The notes: generated by a model not told the origin, from the letters alone. Positions 29,017 through 38,593 are shown, counted from the first letter of the stretch. The stretch is DNA of 64,000 bases from an uncultured Acidimicrobiales bacterium (GCA_951813325.1 OX638350.1:575316-639315); one strand, 5' to 3'. Made by a program: numbers and translations.

Positions 29017-29646
29017 ATGCCTGTGGACCTGGAAGAGCTGCTATCACCGTCGCACACCGCCGTGGTTACCATGGAGTGCCAGCGGGGAGTGATCGGCGAC
29101 ATGGCCTCCATGGGAGGCCTGCGGGATGTGATGCTCGACCGGGGGGCCATTGACGCCGGGGCCCGGCTGTGCGCTGGCGCCCGAGCCGCAGGTGTGGCGG
29201 TGGTGCACTGCCTGGCTCACTTTCGGGCCGACAGGGCAGGCAGCGCGGCCAACTGCCGGATGCTGGCGGCCTCGGCCAAGATGAGCGAGCAGAACGGAGG
29301 GCTGCTGATCGGGTCGGAGTCTGCCGAGGTCATCGCGGAGTTCGACCCGCAGCCATCCGACATCGAGATCGCCCGCTGGCACGGCATGTCTCCGTTCATG
29401 GGGACATCGCTCGATCAAACCCTGCGCAACTTGGGGGTCACCACGGTGGTGGCCGCCGGGGTGTCGCTGAACGTGGGCGTGATGGGGTTGGTGATCAATG
29501 CCGTCGATCTGGGCTATCAGGTGGTTCTGGCCGGCGATGCTGTAGCCGGCATCCCGGCCGACTACGGCGACGCGGTGATGGACAACACCATGGCCTTCCT
29601 CACCACGATGCTCACCGTGGACGACATTGTGGCCCGGTGGATATGA
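29017..29646 (+). CDS. isochorismatase-fold protein
   Basis: Length and overall pattern of the isochorismatase/cysteine-hydrolase family. By-eye alignment puts Glu (TMECQ) and Gly (SLNVGV) where the catalytic Asp and Cys normally sit, so hydrolase activity is uncertain. Confidence 0.7.
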   Translation: MPVDLEELLSPSHTAVVTMECQRGVIGDMASMGGLRDVMLDRGAIDAGARLCAGARAAGVAVVHCLAHFRADRAGSAANCRMLAASAKMSEQNGGLLIGSESAEVIAEFDPQPSDIEIARWHGMSPFMGTSLDQTLRNLGVTTVVAAGVSLNVGVMGLVINAVDLGYQVVLAGDAVAGIPADYGDAVMDNTMAFLTTMLTVDDIVARWI

Positions 29647-30095
29647 CCGAAGGCTCGACCACAGCAAAAGAAAATAAAGCCGTGGTGGAGCGATTGGTGC
29701 GCGACATTGTGAACGGCGGACAGGTGGATCTGCTCGACGAGATTCTGGCCGATGACTTCGTGGCCCACGGCGTGGGTCCGGGCCTGTCCGGTCCCGATGG
29801 AATGCGTCGGCTGATCGCCACTTGGCGCACCGCGTTCCCCGATTGGCAGGACCAGATCGAAGAGATCGTGGCCGAAGGCGACTTGGTGGTGATCAAGATC
29901 GCGGCTCGGGGCACCCACACCGGCCCCCTGTTGGGCATCCAGCCCACTGGGGAGGCCGTCCAGTGGGGCATGATCGAGATGGTGCGCCTCGCCGACGGCA
30001 AGATCACCGAGCAGTGGGGCTACTCCGACTTCTCCGAGGTGGTCCGCCGCCTGCGCAAGGTGGCAGCATCTCAATCCGAACCGCAAACCGACTAG
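29643..30095 (+). CDS. SnoaL-like ester cyclase / NTF2-fold protein
   Basis: KENKAVVERLVRDIVNGGQVDLLDEILADDFVAHG...IAARGTHTG...GKITEQW matches the ester-cyclase pattern. ATGA overlap with the previous gene. Confidence 0.75.
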   Translation: MTEGSTTAKENKAVVERLVRDIVNGGQVDLLDEILADDFVAHGVGPGLSGPDGMRRLIATWRTAFPDWQDQIEEIVAEGDLVVIKIAARGTHTGPLLGIQPTGEAVQWGMIEMVRLADGKITEQWGYSDFSEVVRRLRKVAASQSEPQTD

Positions 30096-30106
30096 GGGGT
30101 TTGACC

Positions 30107-30895
30107 ATGGCCGATACTTCACCCGTACCTGACTACGCCGGGCTCATGCGGCTCGACGGGAAGGGCTTCATCGTCCTCGGCGCCGGGCAGGGCATGGGAC
30201 GCCAGTCCTCGCACGCCCTGGCCCAGATGGGGGCCAAGGTCTTCTGCGTCGACCTCGAGGTGGAGCGGGCCGAACAGGTGGCAACCGAAGTGGACGGAAC
30301 CCCCTGGGTAGCCGATATCACCCAACGGGGTGACGTGCAGGCCCTGGTGGACGAAGCCGGTCGGGCCATGGGGTCGATCGACGGGATCGTCGACATCGTG
30401 GGCGTCTCCGGATGGTCCGGGGTGCTGGACATCGACGACGCCGAGTGGGACTGGCAGTTCGACATGGTGCTGCGCCACGCCTATCTCATCTCCCAGATCG
30501 CCGGGCGGGCCATGAAGGAGACCGGCGGGGGCACGATGGTGTTCATCGCCTCGGTCAGCGGGCTCACCGCAGCTCCCAATCACGCCCACTATGGGGCGGC
30601 CAAGGCCGGTCTGATGGCGTGGATGCAATCGGTGGCCATCGAGTTGGCCCCCTACGGGGTCCGGGCCAACTGCGTGGCCCCGGGCACGATCCTGACCCCC
30701 CGCATGGAGGCGCTTTTCGACGAGGAGCGGGCGGCGGCCAACGCGGCCGCCGTGCCGATGGGACACATGGGAGTGCCGTCGGACATCGCTGGAGCGGTGC
30801 TGTTCTTGTCGGCGCCGATCTCAGGCTTTGTCTCCGGCCGCACCCTAGTGGTGGATGGGGGTGTGGACGCCAACTTCCCCTACAACCCGATGTAG
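30107..30895 (+). CDS. SDR family oxidoreductase
   Basis: Gly-rich fold VLGAGQGMG, catalytic YGAAKAG. About 260 aa. Confidence 0.85.
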   Translation: MADTSPVPDYAGLMRLDGKGFIVLGAGQGMGRQSSHALAQMGAKVFCVDLEVERAEQVATEVDGTPWVADITQRGDVQALVDEAGRAMGSIDGIVDIVGVSGWSGVLDIDDAEWDWQFDMVLRHAYLISQIAGRAMKETGGGTMVFIASVSGLTAAPNHAHYGAAKAGLMAWMQSVAIELAPYGVRANCVAPGTILTPRMEALFDEERAAANAAAVPMGHMGVPSDIAGAVLFLSAPISGFVSGRTLVVDGGVDANFPYNPM

Positions 30896-30908
30896 CTACA
30901 CTGTGGCG

Positions 30909-31376
30909 ATGGTGGATGAAACGAGCGAGCCGGAGAATCGGATCGTTGTAGGGGTGGAGGGATCGGGCGGTGCCCGCTCTGCGCTTCGCTGGGCCATCAA
31001 GGAGGCCCGCTACCGCAACGCTTTCGTCGATGTGGTGACGGCCTACTCCACCACCTACGTGCCGGCCTCGCCGGACTTCAACTATGTGCCGTTGGATCCG
31101 ATCGACTTGGAGGCTGAAGTCAAGCGGATGCAGGACAGCATCATCGACGAGGTGCTGGCCGAGGTAGATTCCGCAGGAGTGGAGATCAGGCGTCGCATGA
31201 TGCGGGGTCGGGCGGCCGACAGCCTAATCGCCGAGTCGGCGAACGCGGCCATGCTCGTGGTGGGTTCACGCGGACGGGGCGGTTTCCGGGGCCTGCTGCT
31301 GGGATCGGTCAGCCAGCAGATCGCCCAGCACGGAAGCTGCCCAGTCGTTATCGTCCGCCCCGACCTGCCGATCTAG
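30909..31376 (+). CDS. universal stress protein (UspA family)
   Basis: IVVGVEGSGGARSAL...MLVVGSRGRGGFRGLLLGSVSQQIAQHGSCPVVIV. Confidence 0.85.
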   Translation: MVDETSEPENRIVVGVEGSGGARSALRWAIKEARYRNAFVDVVTAYSTTYVPASPDFNYVPLDPIDLEAEVKRMQDSIIDEVLAEVDSAGVEIRRRMMRGRAADSLIAESANAAMLVVGSRGRGGFRGLLLGSVSQQIAQHGSCPVVIVRPDLPI

Positions 31377-31398
31377 TGGTCCGTTTCCGGCTGCTGCT

Positions 31399-32391
31399 TC
31401 AATCGAAGTCCGCTCGCAGCTCCACGATCACTTTGCCCCAGGTGTAGCGGTGGTAGATGGCGTCGAGGGCGGCGCGGACATCGTCGAAGGCGAACGGGGG
31501 GAACACCGGCGGGTCGAGCCGGCCTTTCTCGAGAAGGGCGAAGATGGCTTGGCGGGCCTGTTCCGACGGCTCGGGATTGCGGCCCACCGAGGCACCCCAG
31601 TGGACGCCGACCACGGAGTAGTTCTTCAACAAGATGTGGTTGGCGGGGGCATCGGCGATGCGCCCGCTGGTGAAGCCGATCACCAGGAGCCGGCCGTCCC
31701 AGGCCATGCACCTCCGGGACCGGTCGAACACGTCACCGCCCACCGGATCGAAGCACACATCCACCCCCTGTCCACCGGTGTGGGCCCGTACGAGATCGAC
31801 GAAGTCGGGGGTCTCTCGGTAGTCGATGGCCAGTTCCACCCCCATGTCCTTCAGCAGAGCGGTTTTTTCGGCGCCGCCGGCGGTGGCGATGACCCTCGCT
31901 CCGGCGATCATTCCGAGCTGCACCGCGGCGGAGCCCACGCCCCCCATTGCGGCATGAACCAGCAGCGTTTCACCTTCGGCCAAGTGCCCGCGATCGTGAA
32001 GGGCGAACCACGAGGTGCCGAAGTTCACCAGCGCCGCGGCTGCCGCTCCAGCCGACACTCCTTCGGCCAGCTTGTGCGCCCCATTGGCCCGCAGCGCGGT
32101 CTGCTCGGCCAGCGACCCACCGCCGATTCCCACCACCCGGTCGCCGACCGCCAGGTGGCCGACGCCTTCGCCCACTTCCCGCACTCGGCCCACCACCTCG
32201 GTACACGGCGACCACGGCAGCTTGGTCTCCATCTGGTAGAGGCCCCGGGCCATGAGGCAGTCCACGAATGTGAGCCCGACGGCTTCGGTGTCCACGGCAA
32301 TATGGCCGGGGCCTGCCGTTGGAGGATCGGTTTCCTCGAGTTGGAGCAATTCAACCGGATCACCCAGCTCGTGCTGGCGCCAGATCCGCAT
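31399..32391 (-). CDS. NADPH:quinone oxidoreductase (MDR superfamily)
   Basis: GLTFVDCLMARGLYQ, VHAAMGGVGSAAVQLG, and the C-terminal GKVIVEL-type tail. Confidence 0.85.
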   Translation of the reverse strand: MRIWRQHELGDPVELLQLEETDPPTAGPGHIAVDTEAVGLTFVDCLMARGLYQMETKLPWSPCTEVVGRVREVGEGVGHLAVGDRVVGIGGGSLAEQTALRANGAHKLAEGVSAGAAAAALVNFGTSWFALHDRGHLAEGETLLVHAAMGGVGSAAVQLGMIAGARVIATAGGAEKTALLKDMGVELAIDYRETPDFVDLVRAHTGGQGVDVCFDPVGGDVFDRSRRCMAWDGRLLVIGFTSGRIADAPANHILLKNYSVVGVHWGASVGRNPEPSEQARQAIFALLEKGRLDPPVFPPFAFDDVRAALDAIYHRYTWGKVIVELRADFD

Positions 32392-33218
32392 CAGCCCTGC
32401 TCTCCGTGGGTACCGGTCCCGGCAGCGGTCGGGCGATCCACCACCGACTTGATGCTCTCCAAGGCCCGCTGTTTGAACTCCTGCGCCGAGCCCACGTTGC
32501 CGGCCAGGGCCTGGTATTCCGACATGGTGCGGATGGCATTGCGGGTGCCCATCGCCTCCATGCCCCGGTGCACGCTGCGCTTGTTGATCTGCTGAAGGTC
32601 AGACGGGACCCGGGCCACCCGCTGGGCCATGTCCAGCACCCGCTCTTCCAACTCGGTTTCGGGGTAGGCCCGGTTGGCGAAGCCCATGGCCGCTGCCTCC
32701 TTACCGGAGTAGGAGTCGCCGGTGAGCATCATCTCCATGGCGTTGCGGAACCCCACGAGCCAGGGGTGGTAGTTGAAATCCGGCGGGCTCAGCACCCGTA
32801 CCACCGGGTGGCCGATGTCGGCGTTCTCGGCCACATAGACCAGGTCGCACGCGGCAGCCAGCTCGGACGCACCGGCCAGGGCATAGCCGTGGACCTGGGC
32901 GATGACCGGTTTGGCCAACTCCCAGATGGCCAGCCAGCTGTCGGTCACATGGCGGGACCACTGCCCGTCGCCGCCTGCGGTGTAGTGAGGCGGATCGTCC
33001 ATGAGCGAGTCGGCTAGGTCGTAGCCCGAGGAAAAACACGGCCCCGCCCCCCGGATAATCGAAACCCGCACATCGTGGTCGACATCAGCAGCTTGGAGCG
33101 CGGCCAACAACTCTTTTCGCATCGGGGTGCTGATTGCGTTGCGTTTCTCGGGGCGGTTCAGCGTGATCCGCCGGACATGCGGTGCAGGATCATCAACAAG
33201 GATCATCTTGTAGATCAT
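32391..33218 (-). CDS. enoyl-CoA hydratase/isomerase (crotonase) family
   Basis: ITLNRPEKRNA, GAGPCFSSGYDL, AQVHGYALAGASELAAACDL. Confidence 0.85.
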   Translation of the reverse strand: MIYKMILVDDPAPHVRRITLNRPEKRNAISTPMRKELLAALQAADVDHDVRVSIIRGAGPCFSSGYDLADSLMDDPPHYTAGGDGQWSRHVTDSWLAIWELAKPVIAQVHGYALAGASELAAACDLVYVAENADIGHPVVRVLSPPDFNYHPWLVGFRNAMEMMLTGDSYSGKEAAAMGFANRAYPETELEERVLDMAQRVARVPSDLQQINKRSVHRGMEAMGTRNAIRTMSEYQALAGNVGSAQEFKQRALESIKSVVDRPTAAGTGTHGEQG

Positions 33219-33238
33219 GGGGTTGACCCTATAGCGAC

Positions 33239-33270
33239 CGGTGCCCCGGACCCGAAGGCCCGGGGCACCG
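33239..33270 (-). terminator. GC-rich stem-loop downstream of the acidic LPXTG gene
   Basis: CGGTGCCCCGG-(loop)-CCGGGGCACCG, an 11-bp perfect stem 24 nt after the stop. No clear U-tract. A near-identical hairpin lies after the paralogue. Confidence 0.55.
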
Positions 33271-33293
33271 AGTGTATTGATCAGTTGGCGGTG

Positions 33294-34244
33294 TTACTGG
33301 GTACGCAGCCTGCGGCTGAGGCCGAGCACCATCGCACCGGCGAGCACCACGGCAAGTGCAACGATGGCCAACAGCGGCGTGTTCACACCGGTGTCAGGCA
33401 GCATGTCTTCTTCAGCCATGTCTTCTTCAGCCATGTCTTCTTCAGCCATGTCTTCTTCAGCCATGTCTTCTTCAGCCATGTCTTCTTCAGCCATGTCTTC
33501 TTCAGCCATGTCTTCTTCAGCCATGCCGTCGTCCATGTCTTCTTCAGCCATGCCGTCGTCCATGTCTTCTTCAGCCATGTCTTCTTCAGCCATGTCTTCT
33601 TCAGCCATGCCGTCGTCCATGTCTTCTTCAGCCATGTCTTCTTCAGCCATGTCTTCTTCAGCCGTGTCTTCTTCAGCCGTGTCTTCTTCAGCCGTGTCTT
33701 CTTCAGCCGTGTCTTCTTCAGCCGTGTCTTCTTCAGCCGTGTCTTCTTCAGCCGTGTCTTCTTCAGCCGTGTCTTCTTCAGCCGTGTCTTCTTCAGCCGT
33801 GTCTTCTTCAGCCGTGTCTTGAGGCTCCTCTTCCACTGCGCCGATGATCACGGCAACACCGGCGGCTTCGGGGTCATTAGGGTTGGCTTCGAACAGTAGG
33901 AAGCCGACTCCCTCTTCTCCGACTTCCACATCCTCCGCAGTGAGTCTGTACACGCCATCATCATCTGCTTGAACCGAGGTGCCGAAACCGCCGCAGTACT
34001 GCATCAACCCACCGGCACCACCGGCTTCGATAAGCAGTAGGTCGGCGGTGTTGCAGACCGCGAAGTTCACGCTCGTAAGGGTGTAGCCGGTACCGGTCAA
34101 CGTGAAGTCGTAGGTACCGGCCTCTGGGACGGTGGCCGGATCGGCAGTCAAGGTCTGTTCGTCTTGTGCCGAAGCCGCATTGGCGCCCACTAAGGCCACC
34201 AAGGCCAAGGCCATCCCGATGAACAACAATTTGGTCTTAGTCAT
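33294..34244 (-). CDS. LPXTG-anchored surface protein with a long acidic pentapeptide-repeat stalk
   Basis: Signal peptide MTKTKLLFIGMALALVALVGANAASA. A roughly 110-aa Cys-containing N-domain shared with 34497-35006. (EEDTA)n/(EEDMA)n repeats. Sorting signal LPDTG, then a hydrophobic helix, then RRLRTQ. Confidence 0.8.
   Translation of the reverse strand: MTKTKLLFIGMALALVALVGANAASAQDEQTLTADPATVPEAGTYDFTLTGTGYTLTSVNFAVCNTADLLLIEAGGAGGLMQYCGGFGTSVQADDDGVYRLTAEDVEVGEEGVGFLLFEANPNDPEAAGVAVIIGAVEEEPQDTAEEDTAEEDTAEEDTAEEDTAEEDTAEEDTAEEDTAEEDTAEEDTAEEDTAEEDMAEEDMAEEDMDDGMAEEDMAEEDMAEEDMDDGMAEEDMDDGMAEEDMAEEDMAEEDMAEEDMAEEDMAEEDMAEEDMAEEDMLPDTGVNTPLLAIVALAVVLAGAMVLGLSRRLRTQ
33402..33819 (-). repeat. 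15-bp in-frame tandem repeat array (about 25 units) with three 12-bp interruptions
   Basis: Plus-strand unit CATGTCTTCTTCAGC (M-type block) switches to CGTGTCTTCTTCAGC (T-type block). CATGCCGTCGTC insertions encode MDDG. Confidence 0.95.
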
Positions 34245-34440
34245 GACAAAACTCCTTGGGCCGAGCCATGATCAACTGGCCCCTACTCCTATAGGCAGCG
34301 ACACCTTAGCACCGCTGCTCACCTCTGTCACCAACCTGAGGCCGGCTTTCCTGCCGTTCGGTTCTGTTCTGTTGGTTTGTTCTCCGTCTCACCGACCACC
34401 GGACCATCGGATCGGTGGTCTGAGGGGAGCCCAGAAACGA

Positions 34441-34473
34441 CCGGTGCCCCAGACCAGAAGGCCCGGGGCACCG
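34441..34473 (-). terminator. GC-rich stem-loop downstream of the second LPXTG gene
   Basis: CCGGTGCCCC...GGGGCACCG. It lies in a roughly 75-bp block conserved with 33239-33310. Confidence 0.55.
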
Positions 34474-34496
34474 AGTGTTTTGATCAGCTATTGATG

Positions 34497-35006
34497 TTAC
34501 AGGGTGCGCAGCCGGCGGCTGAGACCGAACACCATCACACCGGCGAGGGCGATGCCCGTGCCGATGATGACCAGCAGCGATGTGTTCACACCGGTGGCCG
34601 GCAGCTCTGCCTCGCCGATGGTAATGGAGGCGGCAGCGGCTTCGGGGTTATCAGCGGTGAGCTCGAACAGTAGAAAGGTCACACCCGCCTCGGTGACTTC
34701 CACGCCTTCCACTGTGGTGCTGTATGAGCCACTATCCAAGGTCACGCTATCGCCGAAGCCTCCGCAGTACTGCATCAGCCCAGCAGCGCCGTCAAGAACC
34801 GATGTGTCTCCGGTGCTGCAAACCGCGAAGTTCGCCGACGAAATGGTGAAGCCGGAGGCGCTCACCTCAATGTCGTAGGTGCCAGCCTCTGGCACCACGG
34901 ACGGATTGGCGGTCATAGTCTGGTCTTGGGCCGAGGCCGAGCCGGCGAACAGGAAGCCGATCAGCGCCAATGCCAGCCCAATGAAAATCAACTTGGTCTT
35001 AGTCAT
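34497..35006 (-). CDS. LPXTG-anchored surface protein (repeat-less paralogue)
   Basis: MTKTKLIFIGLALALIGFLFAGSASA, the shared domain (PEAGTYD...NFAVC...GLMQYCGGFG...GV.FLLFE), and LPATG followed by a TM helix and RRLRTL. Start at 35006; the upstream part of the tracked ORF is rejected. Confidence 0.75.
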   Translation of the reverse strand: MTKTKLIFIGLALALIGFLFAGSASAQDQTMTANPSVVPEAGTYDIEVSASGFTISSANFAVCSTGDTSVLDGAAGLMQYCGGFGDSVTLDSGSYSTTVEGVEVTEAGVTFLLFELTADNPEAAAASITIGEAELPATGVNTSLLVIIGTGIALAGVMVFGLSRRLRTL

Positions 35007-35148
35007 AGTTGTGTCTCCTTGGACCACGCCAACAGTCGGCCGGCCCCTACTCGGATATTGCCGCAAGACTTTAGCCTCTTCGATTGCTCGTGTCACATAT
35101 TGGGAAGCCGACTCTCCGGTGCCAGGGTTGGAAGGCCTACTCACTAGG

Positions 35149-35889
35149 GTGCTCGACGTGGATTCCATCCGTAATTTCCGCCCGATTGGAGGCCAGGCCA
35201 CCGTTGATGGCCGCCGGGTCCGGTCGGGCCTGGTGTTTCGGTCGGCCCACTTGGCCGAAGCCTCCGACACTGACTTGGAGGCCCTGACATCTCTGGGCAT
35301 CCGCACGGTGTTTGACTTCCGCAATCAGGGCGATCTCGCTGTGGAGGGACCTAATCGCCTGCCCGACGGGGTGGAGCAAATCTCGCTGCCGATGGCTGAC
35401 TCCAACAACCCATCCGGGATGCGGGAGGACTTTTCTAAATTCAGCGCCGAGGATTTGCAAGACCGATTCGGCAACGGCAAGGCCTTCCAGTGGATGAAGG
35501 AGGGATCGGGGCGGTCGGTGAGCGACCCCGAGCGGTCGGCTCAATTCGGTGCCTTCGTCAGAGGGCTATTGGTGCCGGGAGCGGTCCCGGTGCTGTTCAA
35601 TTGCAGCGCGGGCAAGGACCGGACCGGCTGGGCCGCCAGCCTGCTGCTGTTGGCCGTGGGGATTCCGGAGCAGCAGGTGGTGGACCACTATTTGGAGACC
35701 AATCAGCATGTGGTTCCCGGCCGCTACGGCGACCTGATGATGCCGCTGGCCACCGTTCATGAGGACTACTTCAGCGAGCAGATGCAGGTGCTGGCCGACA
35801 CTTGGGGCAGTTTTGATGAGTACTGGATCGACGGCTTAGGTCTAGACGGCAGCCATCGGCGGGCGTTGCGGGACCTGTTGCTGGATTAA
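35149..35889 (+). CDS. protein tyrosine/dual-specificity phosphatase family protein
   Basis: CX5R P-loop NCSAGKDRTGW. N-terminal NFRPIGG motif typical of the bacterial tyrosine-phosphatase-3 family. GTG start at 35149 inferred. Confidence 0.75.
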   Translation: MLDVDSIRNFRPIGGQATVDGRRVRSGLVFRSAHLAEASDTDLEALTSLGIRTVFDFRNQGDLAVEGPNRLPDGVEQISLPMADSNNPSGMREDFSKFSAEDLQDRFGNGKAFQWMKEGSGRSVSDPERSAQFGAFVRGLLVPGAVPVLFNCSAGKDRTGWAASLLLLAVGIPEQQVVDHYLETNQHVVPGRYGDLMMPLATVHEDYFSEQMQVLADTWGSFDEYWIDGLGLDGSHRRALRDLLLD

Positions 35890-36674
35890 GGGGTCTTCAA
35901 CTCGCCGATGTTGTGAACGGGAGCGAGGGTGTTCTGGAGGTACTCCGGACCCTCCAAGGTGTCGACGAACCAGCCGGTGGGACACATGGTGAGGATCTCC
36001 ACCAGGCTGAAGCCGGCACCGGCCATCTGGGATTCGTATGCCCGGGTGATGTAGCGCTTGGTGCGGGCCACGTTGCCGGCGTTGTTGACCGCGCATCGGG
36101 CGACATAGGCCGCGCCATCCATTGTGGCGGTGAGGTCGGATAGCAAGATGGGATGGCCGTGCTGATGGGGGTTGCGCCCCTCGATGGAGGTCTTGGTGCG
36201 CTGGCCCAGGGTGGTGGTTGTGGTCATCTGACCGCCAGTCTCGCCGAACACTCCGTTGTTCAACAGCAGACAGGTGATGTTCTCGCCTCGGGCCGCGGCG
36301 TGCAGCACCTCTTGCAGTCCCTCGTTGACCATGTCTCCATCGCCCTGGAAAGTGACTACGAAGCCCTCGGGCAGCATCCGCTTGATCCCGGTGGCCACCG
36401 ACGGCGCTCGACCGTGGAGGGCCTGTACCACCTCCACGTCGAGGTTGTGGGCGAATGCGGTGTAGCACCCGATGCCGAACACCGCGACGGTGCGCTCGGC
36501 CAACGCCAGTTCTTCGGCCGCCTCCATCGCAGCCCGGATGGCGATGGGCTCCCCGCAGCCGGGGCAGAGGTGGTGGTTGGCCTGGGTGATGAGCCCGGGG
36601 GTGAAGTCGTCTACCAGCGAGGCAGGCTCAGCGGGCGGCTTGTCGGTAGACAGAAAAAGCCGATCGTCGCTCAT
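35886..36674 (-). CDS. 2-oxoacid:ferredoxin oxidoreductase, beta (TPP-binding) subunit
   Basis: HHLCPGCGEP, the TPP motif FQGDGDM...LLLNNGVFG. About 262 aa. Confidence 0.85.
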   Translation of the reverse strand: MSDDRLFLSTDKPPAEPASLVDDFTPGLITQANHHLCPGCGEPIAIRAAMEAAEELALAERTVAVFGIGCYTAFAHNLDVEVVQALHGRAPSVATGIKRMLPEGFVVTFQGDGDMVNEGLQEVLHAAARGENITCLLLNNGVFGETGGQMTTTTTLGQRTKTSIEGRNPHQHGHPILLSDLTATMDGAAYVARCAVNNAGNVARTKRYITRAYESQMAGAGFSLVEILTMCPTGWFVDTLEGPEYLQNTLAPVHNIGELKTP

Positions 36675-36708
36675 GGCATGGCCCTCGAACCGGTCGTTGC
36701 TCGATCGC

Positions 36709-37779
36709 TCATGGCATGGTCTCCAAGATGCGCTCGGAGATATCGGGCACGTTGATGTCGGGACCGATCCCGAAACCGGAGTGGTCCCAACTCGGGCCCC
36801 CGATGAACTCCACCGGCACCGTCCCCATCGTAGCCAGGCGAACATCGTCCACCATCTGGCCCATGTTCTGCTCGTACACCGCCGCCTTGGCCGAACCGGA
36901 GGCTGCTTTGTGCACCGCCTCTGAGGGAAACGGCCACAGTGTGATCGGGCGGATATAGCCCACCCGGTGTCCGGCGTCGCGCAGCCGCAGGCAGGCATAG
37001 CGCACGAACTTGCCCACCGAGCCGTAGGCGGCTACCACCAACTCGGCGTCTTCGCAGAACCCGGCATCGATCAGGGGCTCCACGCCGGTGGCCATGGCCT
37101 GGATGTGGGCCGCGCAAGCTGCGTAGTGGGCCCCCAAGTCGAATCCTTCTTCTCCTTCGACACCGCCGCCCAGCGGGGAGACGATTTTGGCCGCACCCGA
37201 GCCGCCGGTAGATCCGTCCAGAGCCCAATTGGGCACCTCGGGGGCTGCCGTGTCAAAGGAGGGCACCGACACCGCCTGATAGGTGTGGGCCAGGTAATAG
37301 TCGCCCAGCACCATCACCGGGGTGCGCCACTGCCCGGCCATATCGAACGCCAGTTGCGTCAGCTCCACTGCCTCGGGCACATCCATCGGCGCCAGCACGA
37401 TGTGGCGGTAGTCGCCGTGGCCGCCTCCTCGGGTGGCCTGGAAGTAGTCGCCTTGGCCCCGGGCCATGTTGAACACCACCAGCGGCAGCCGGGCGTTGGT
37501 GATCTCCGACAGCGACTCCTGCATCAGCGACAGCCCCTGCCCGGTGGATCCGGTGGCCGCCAGATGCCCGGTGGTGGCCGCTCCCCAGGCCATGCCCACC
37601 GCCTCCAGCTCGCTCTCGGCGTTCATGCACACCCCGTCCACCTCGGGCAGCAAACCGGCCATGTGCTCCAGCAGCTCGGTGAACGGAGTCATGGGGTAGC
37701 CGGCGAAGAAGCGGCAGCCGGCGGCCACTGCGGCCCGGGCCATGGCCTCCGAGCCCTCGATCAGCACCCGCTCGCTCAC
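36709..37779 (-). CDS. 2-oxoacid:ferredoxin oxidoreductase, alpha subunit
   Basis: VLIEGSEAMARAAVAAGCRFFAGYPMTP. GTG 37779 is preceded by GGAGG. GTGA-type overlap with the delta gene. Confidence 0.85.
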   Translation of the reverse strand: MSERVLIEGSEAMARAAVAAGCRFFAGYPMTPFTELLEHMAGLLPEVDGVCMNAESELEAVGMAWGAATTGHLAATGSTGQGLSLMQESLSEITNARLPLVVFNMARGQGDYFQATRGGGHGDYRHIVLAPMDVPEAVELTQLAFDMAGQWRTPVMVLGDYYLAHTYQAVSVPSFDTAAPEVPNWALDGSTGGSGAAKIVSPLGGGVEGEEGFDLGAHYAACAAHIQAMATGVEPLIDAGFCEDAELVVAAYGSVGKFVRYACLRLRDAGHRVGYIRPITLWPFPSEAVHKAASGSAKAAVYEQNMGQMVDDVRLATMGTVPVEFIGGPSWDHSGFGIGPDINVPDISERILETMP

Positions 37780-38039
37780 GACTCGCCTCCTTCGTTGACG
37801 GCCAGCTCCAGAGGGGTGTGGTACTTGTACACCTGGAACACGAAGTCGGGGCAGATCTGGGCACAGGCCTGACAGCCGGTGCAGCCGGCCAGCAGCCGGG
37901 GGTAGCGGTAGCCCCGGGTGTTGACCTCGTGGTCGGTCATCTCCAGCACTCGGGGCGGGCAGGCGTCGATGCACAGGTCGCACCCCTTGCAGGCCTCGGC
38001 ATCGATCACCACCGTGCCCCGGACGGTGACGGTGCTCAC
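37776..38039 (-). CDS. 2-oxoacid:ferredoxin oxidoreductase, delta subunit (2x[4Fe-4S] ferredoxin)
   Basis: CKGCDLCIDACP and CTGCQACAQICP. 87 aa. Confidence 0.8.
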   Translation of the reverse strand: MSTVTVRGTVVIDAEACKGCDLCIDACPPRVLEMTDHEVNTRGYRYPRLLAGCTGCQACAQICPDFVFQVYKYHTPLELAVNEGGES

Positions 38040-38593
38040 GCCGCCATCTCCCAGCCTTTGGCCAACGCTGCTTCGTTGGCCTCGATCAGCTGGCTGCGGT
38101 AGGGGGGCACCGAGCGGCGCATGCCCTCCACCAGGCCGTCCAAGCTCACCAAACCGGACGTTCTTCCGTATACGCCGGCCATGACCATGGCGGCCAAGAG
38201 CGGGTTGCCTAGATCGGTGGCCACATCGGTGGCCGGAACCTCCACCACCCGGTAGCGGTCGCGGTCTAGCTGGTCTTCGAACACTGAGGTGTTCACCAGC
38301 ACCAGGCCGCCATCGCTGATGAGCACCCGCAGCGGTGCCCAATACTGGTGGTGCATCAATATGGCCGACCATGTGGCCGACAGCACCGGGGGCGCCTCGA
38401 TGGGCTGATCGCTGATAACCACCGTGCTGTCGGTGTTGCCGCCCCGCATCATGCCGCCGTAGCTGCCGAACACCAGCACCTCCTTGCCATCGGCAATTGC
38501 TCCTTGGGCGATGACTTGGGCGGCGAGTTGTACCCCTTGGCCGCCGATCCCGGTGAGCATCAGCTCCCGCTCTCCGGCAAGCGGAGAGTTCAT
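38036..38593 (-). CDS. 2-oxoacid:ferredoxin oxidoreductase, gamma subunit
   Basis: LTGIGGQGVQLAAQVIAQGA is the POR/VOR/KOR gamma signature. 185 aa. Confidence 0.8.
   Translation of the reverse strand: MNSPLAGERELMLTGIGGQGVQLAAQVIAQGAIADGKEVLVFGSYGGMMRGGNTDSTVVISDQPIEAPPVLSATWSAILMHHQYWAPLRVLISDGGLVLVNTSVFEDQLDRDRYRVVEVPATDVATDLGNPLLAAMVMAGVYGRTSGLVSLDGLVEGMRRSVPPYRSQLIEANEAALAKGWEMAA

Noticed and set aside
33402-33819. Possible CRISPR array (regular short repeats)
   Set aside because: The period is 15 bp with no spacers. It is in-frame inside a gene with a signal peptide and an LPXTG signal, so it is a coding pentapeptide repeat.
34879-35148. N-terminal 90 codons of the tracked 336-aa phosphatase ORF, and the 34497-35324 extension of the LPXTG paralogue
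   Set aside because: The two extensions overlap each other and the intergenic region. Family-like sequence begins at GTG 35149 for the phosphatase and at ATG 35006 for the LPXTG protein (signal peptide).
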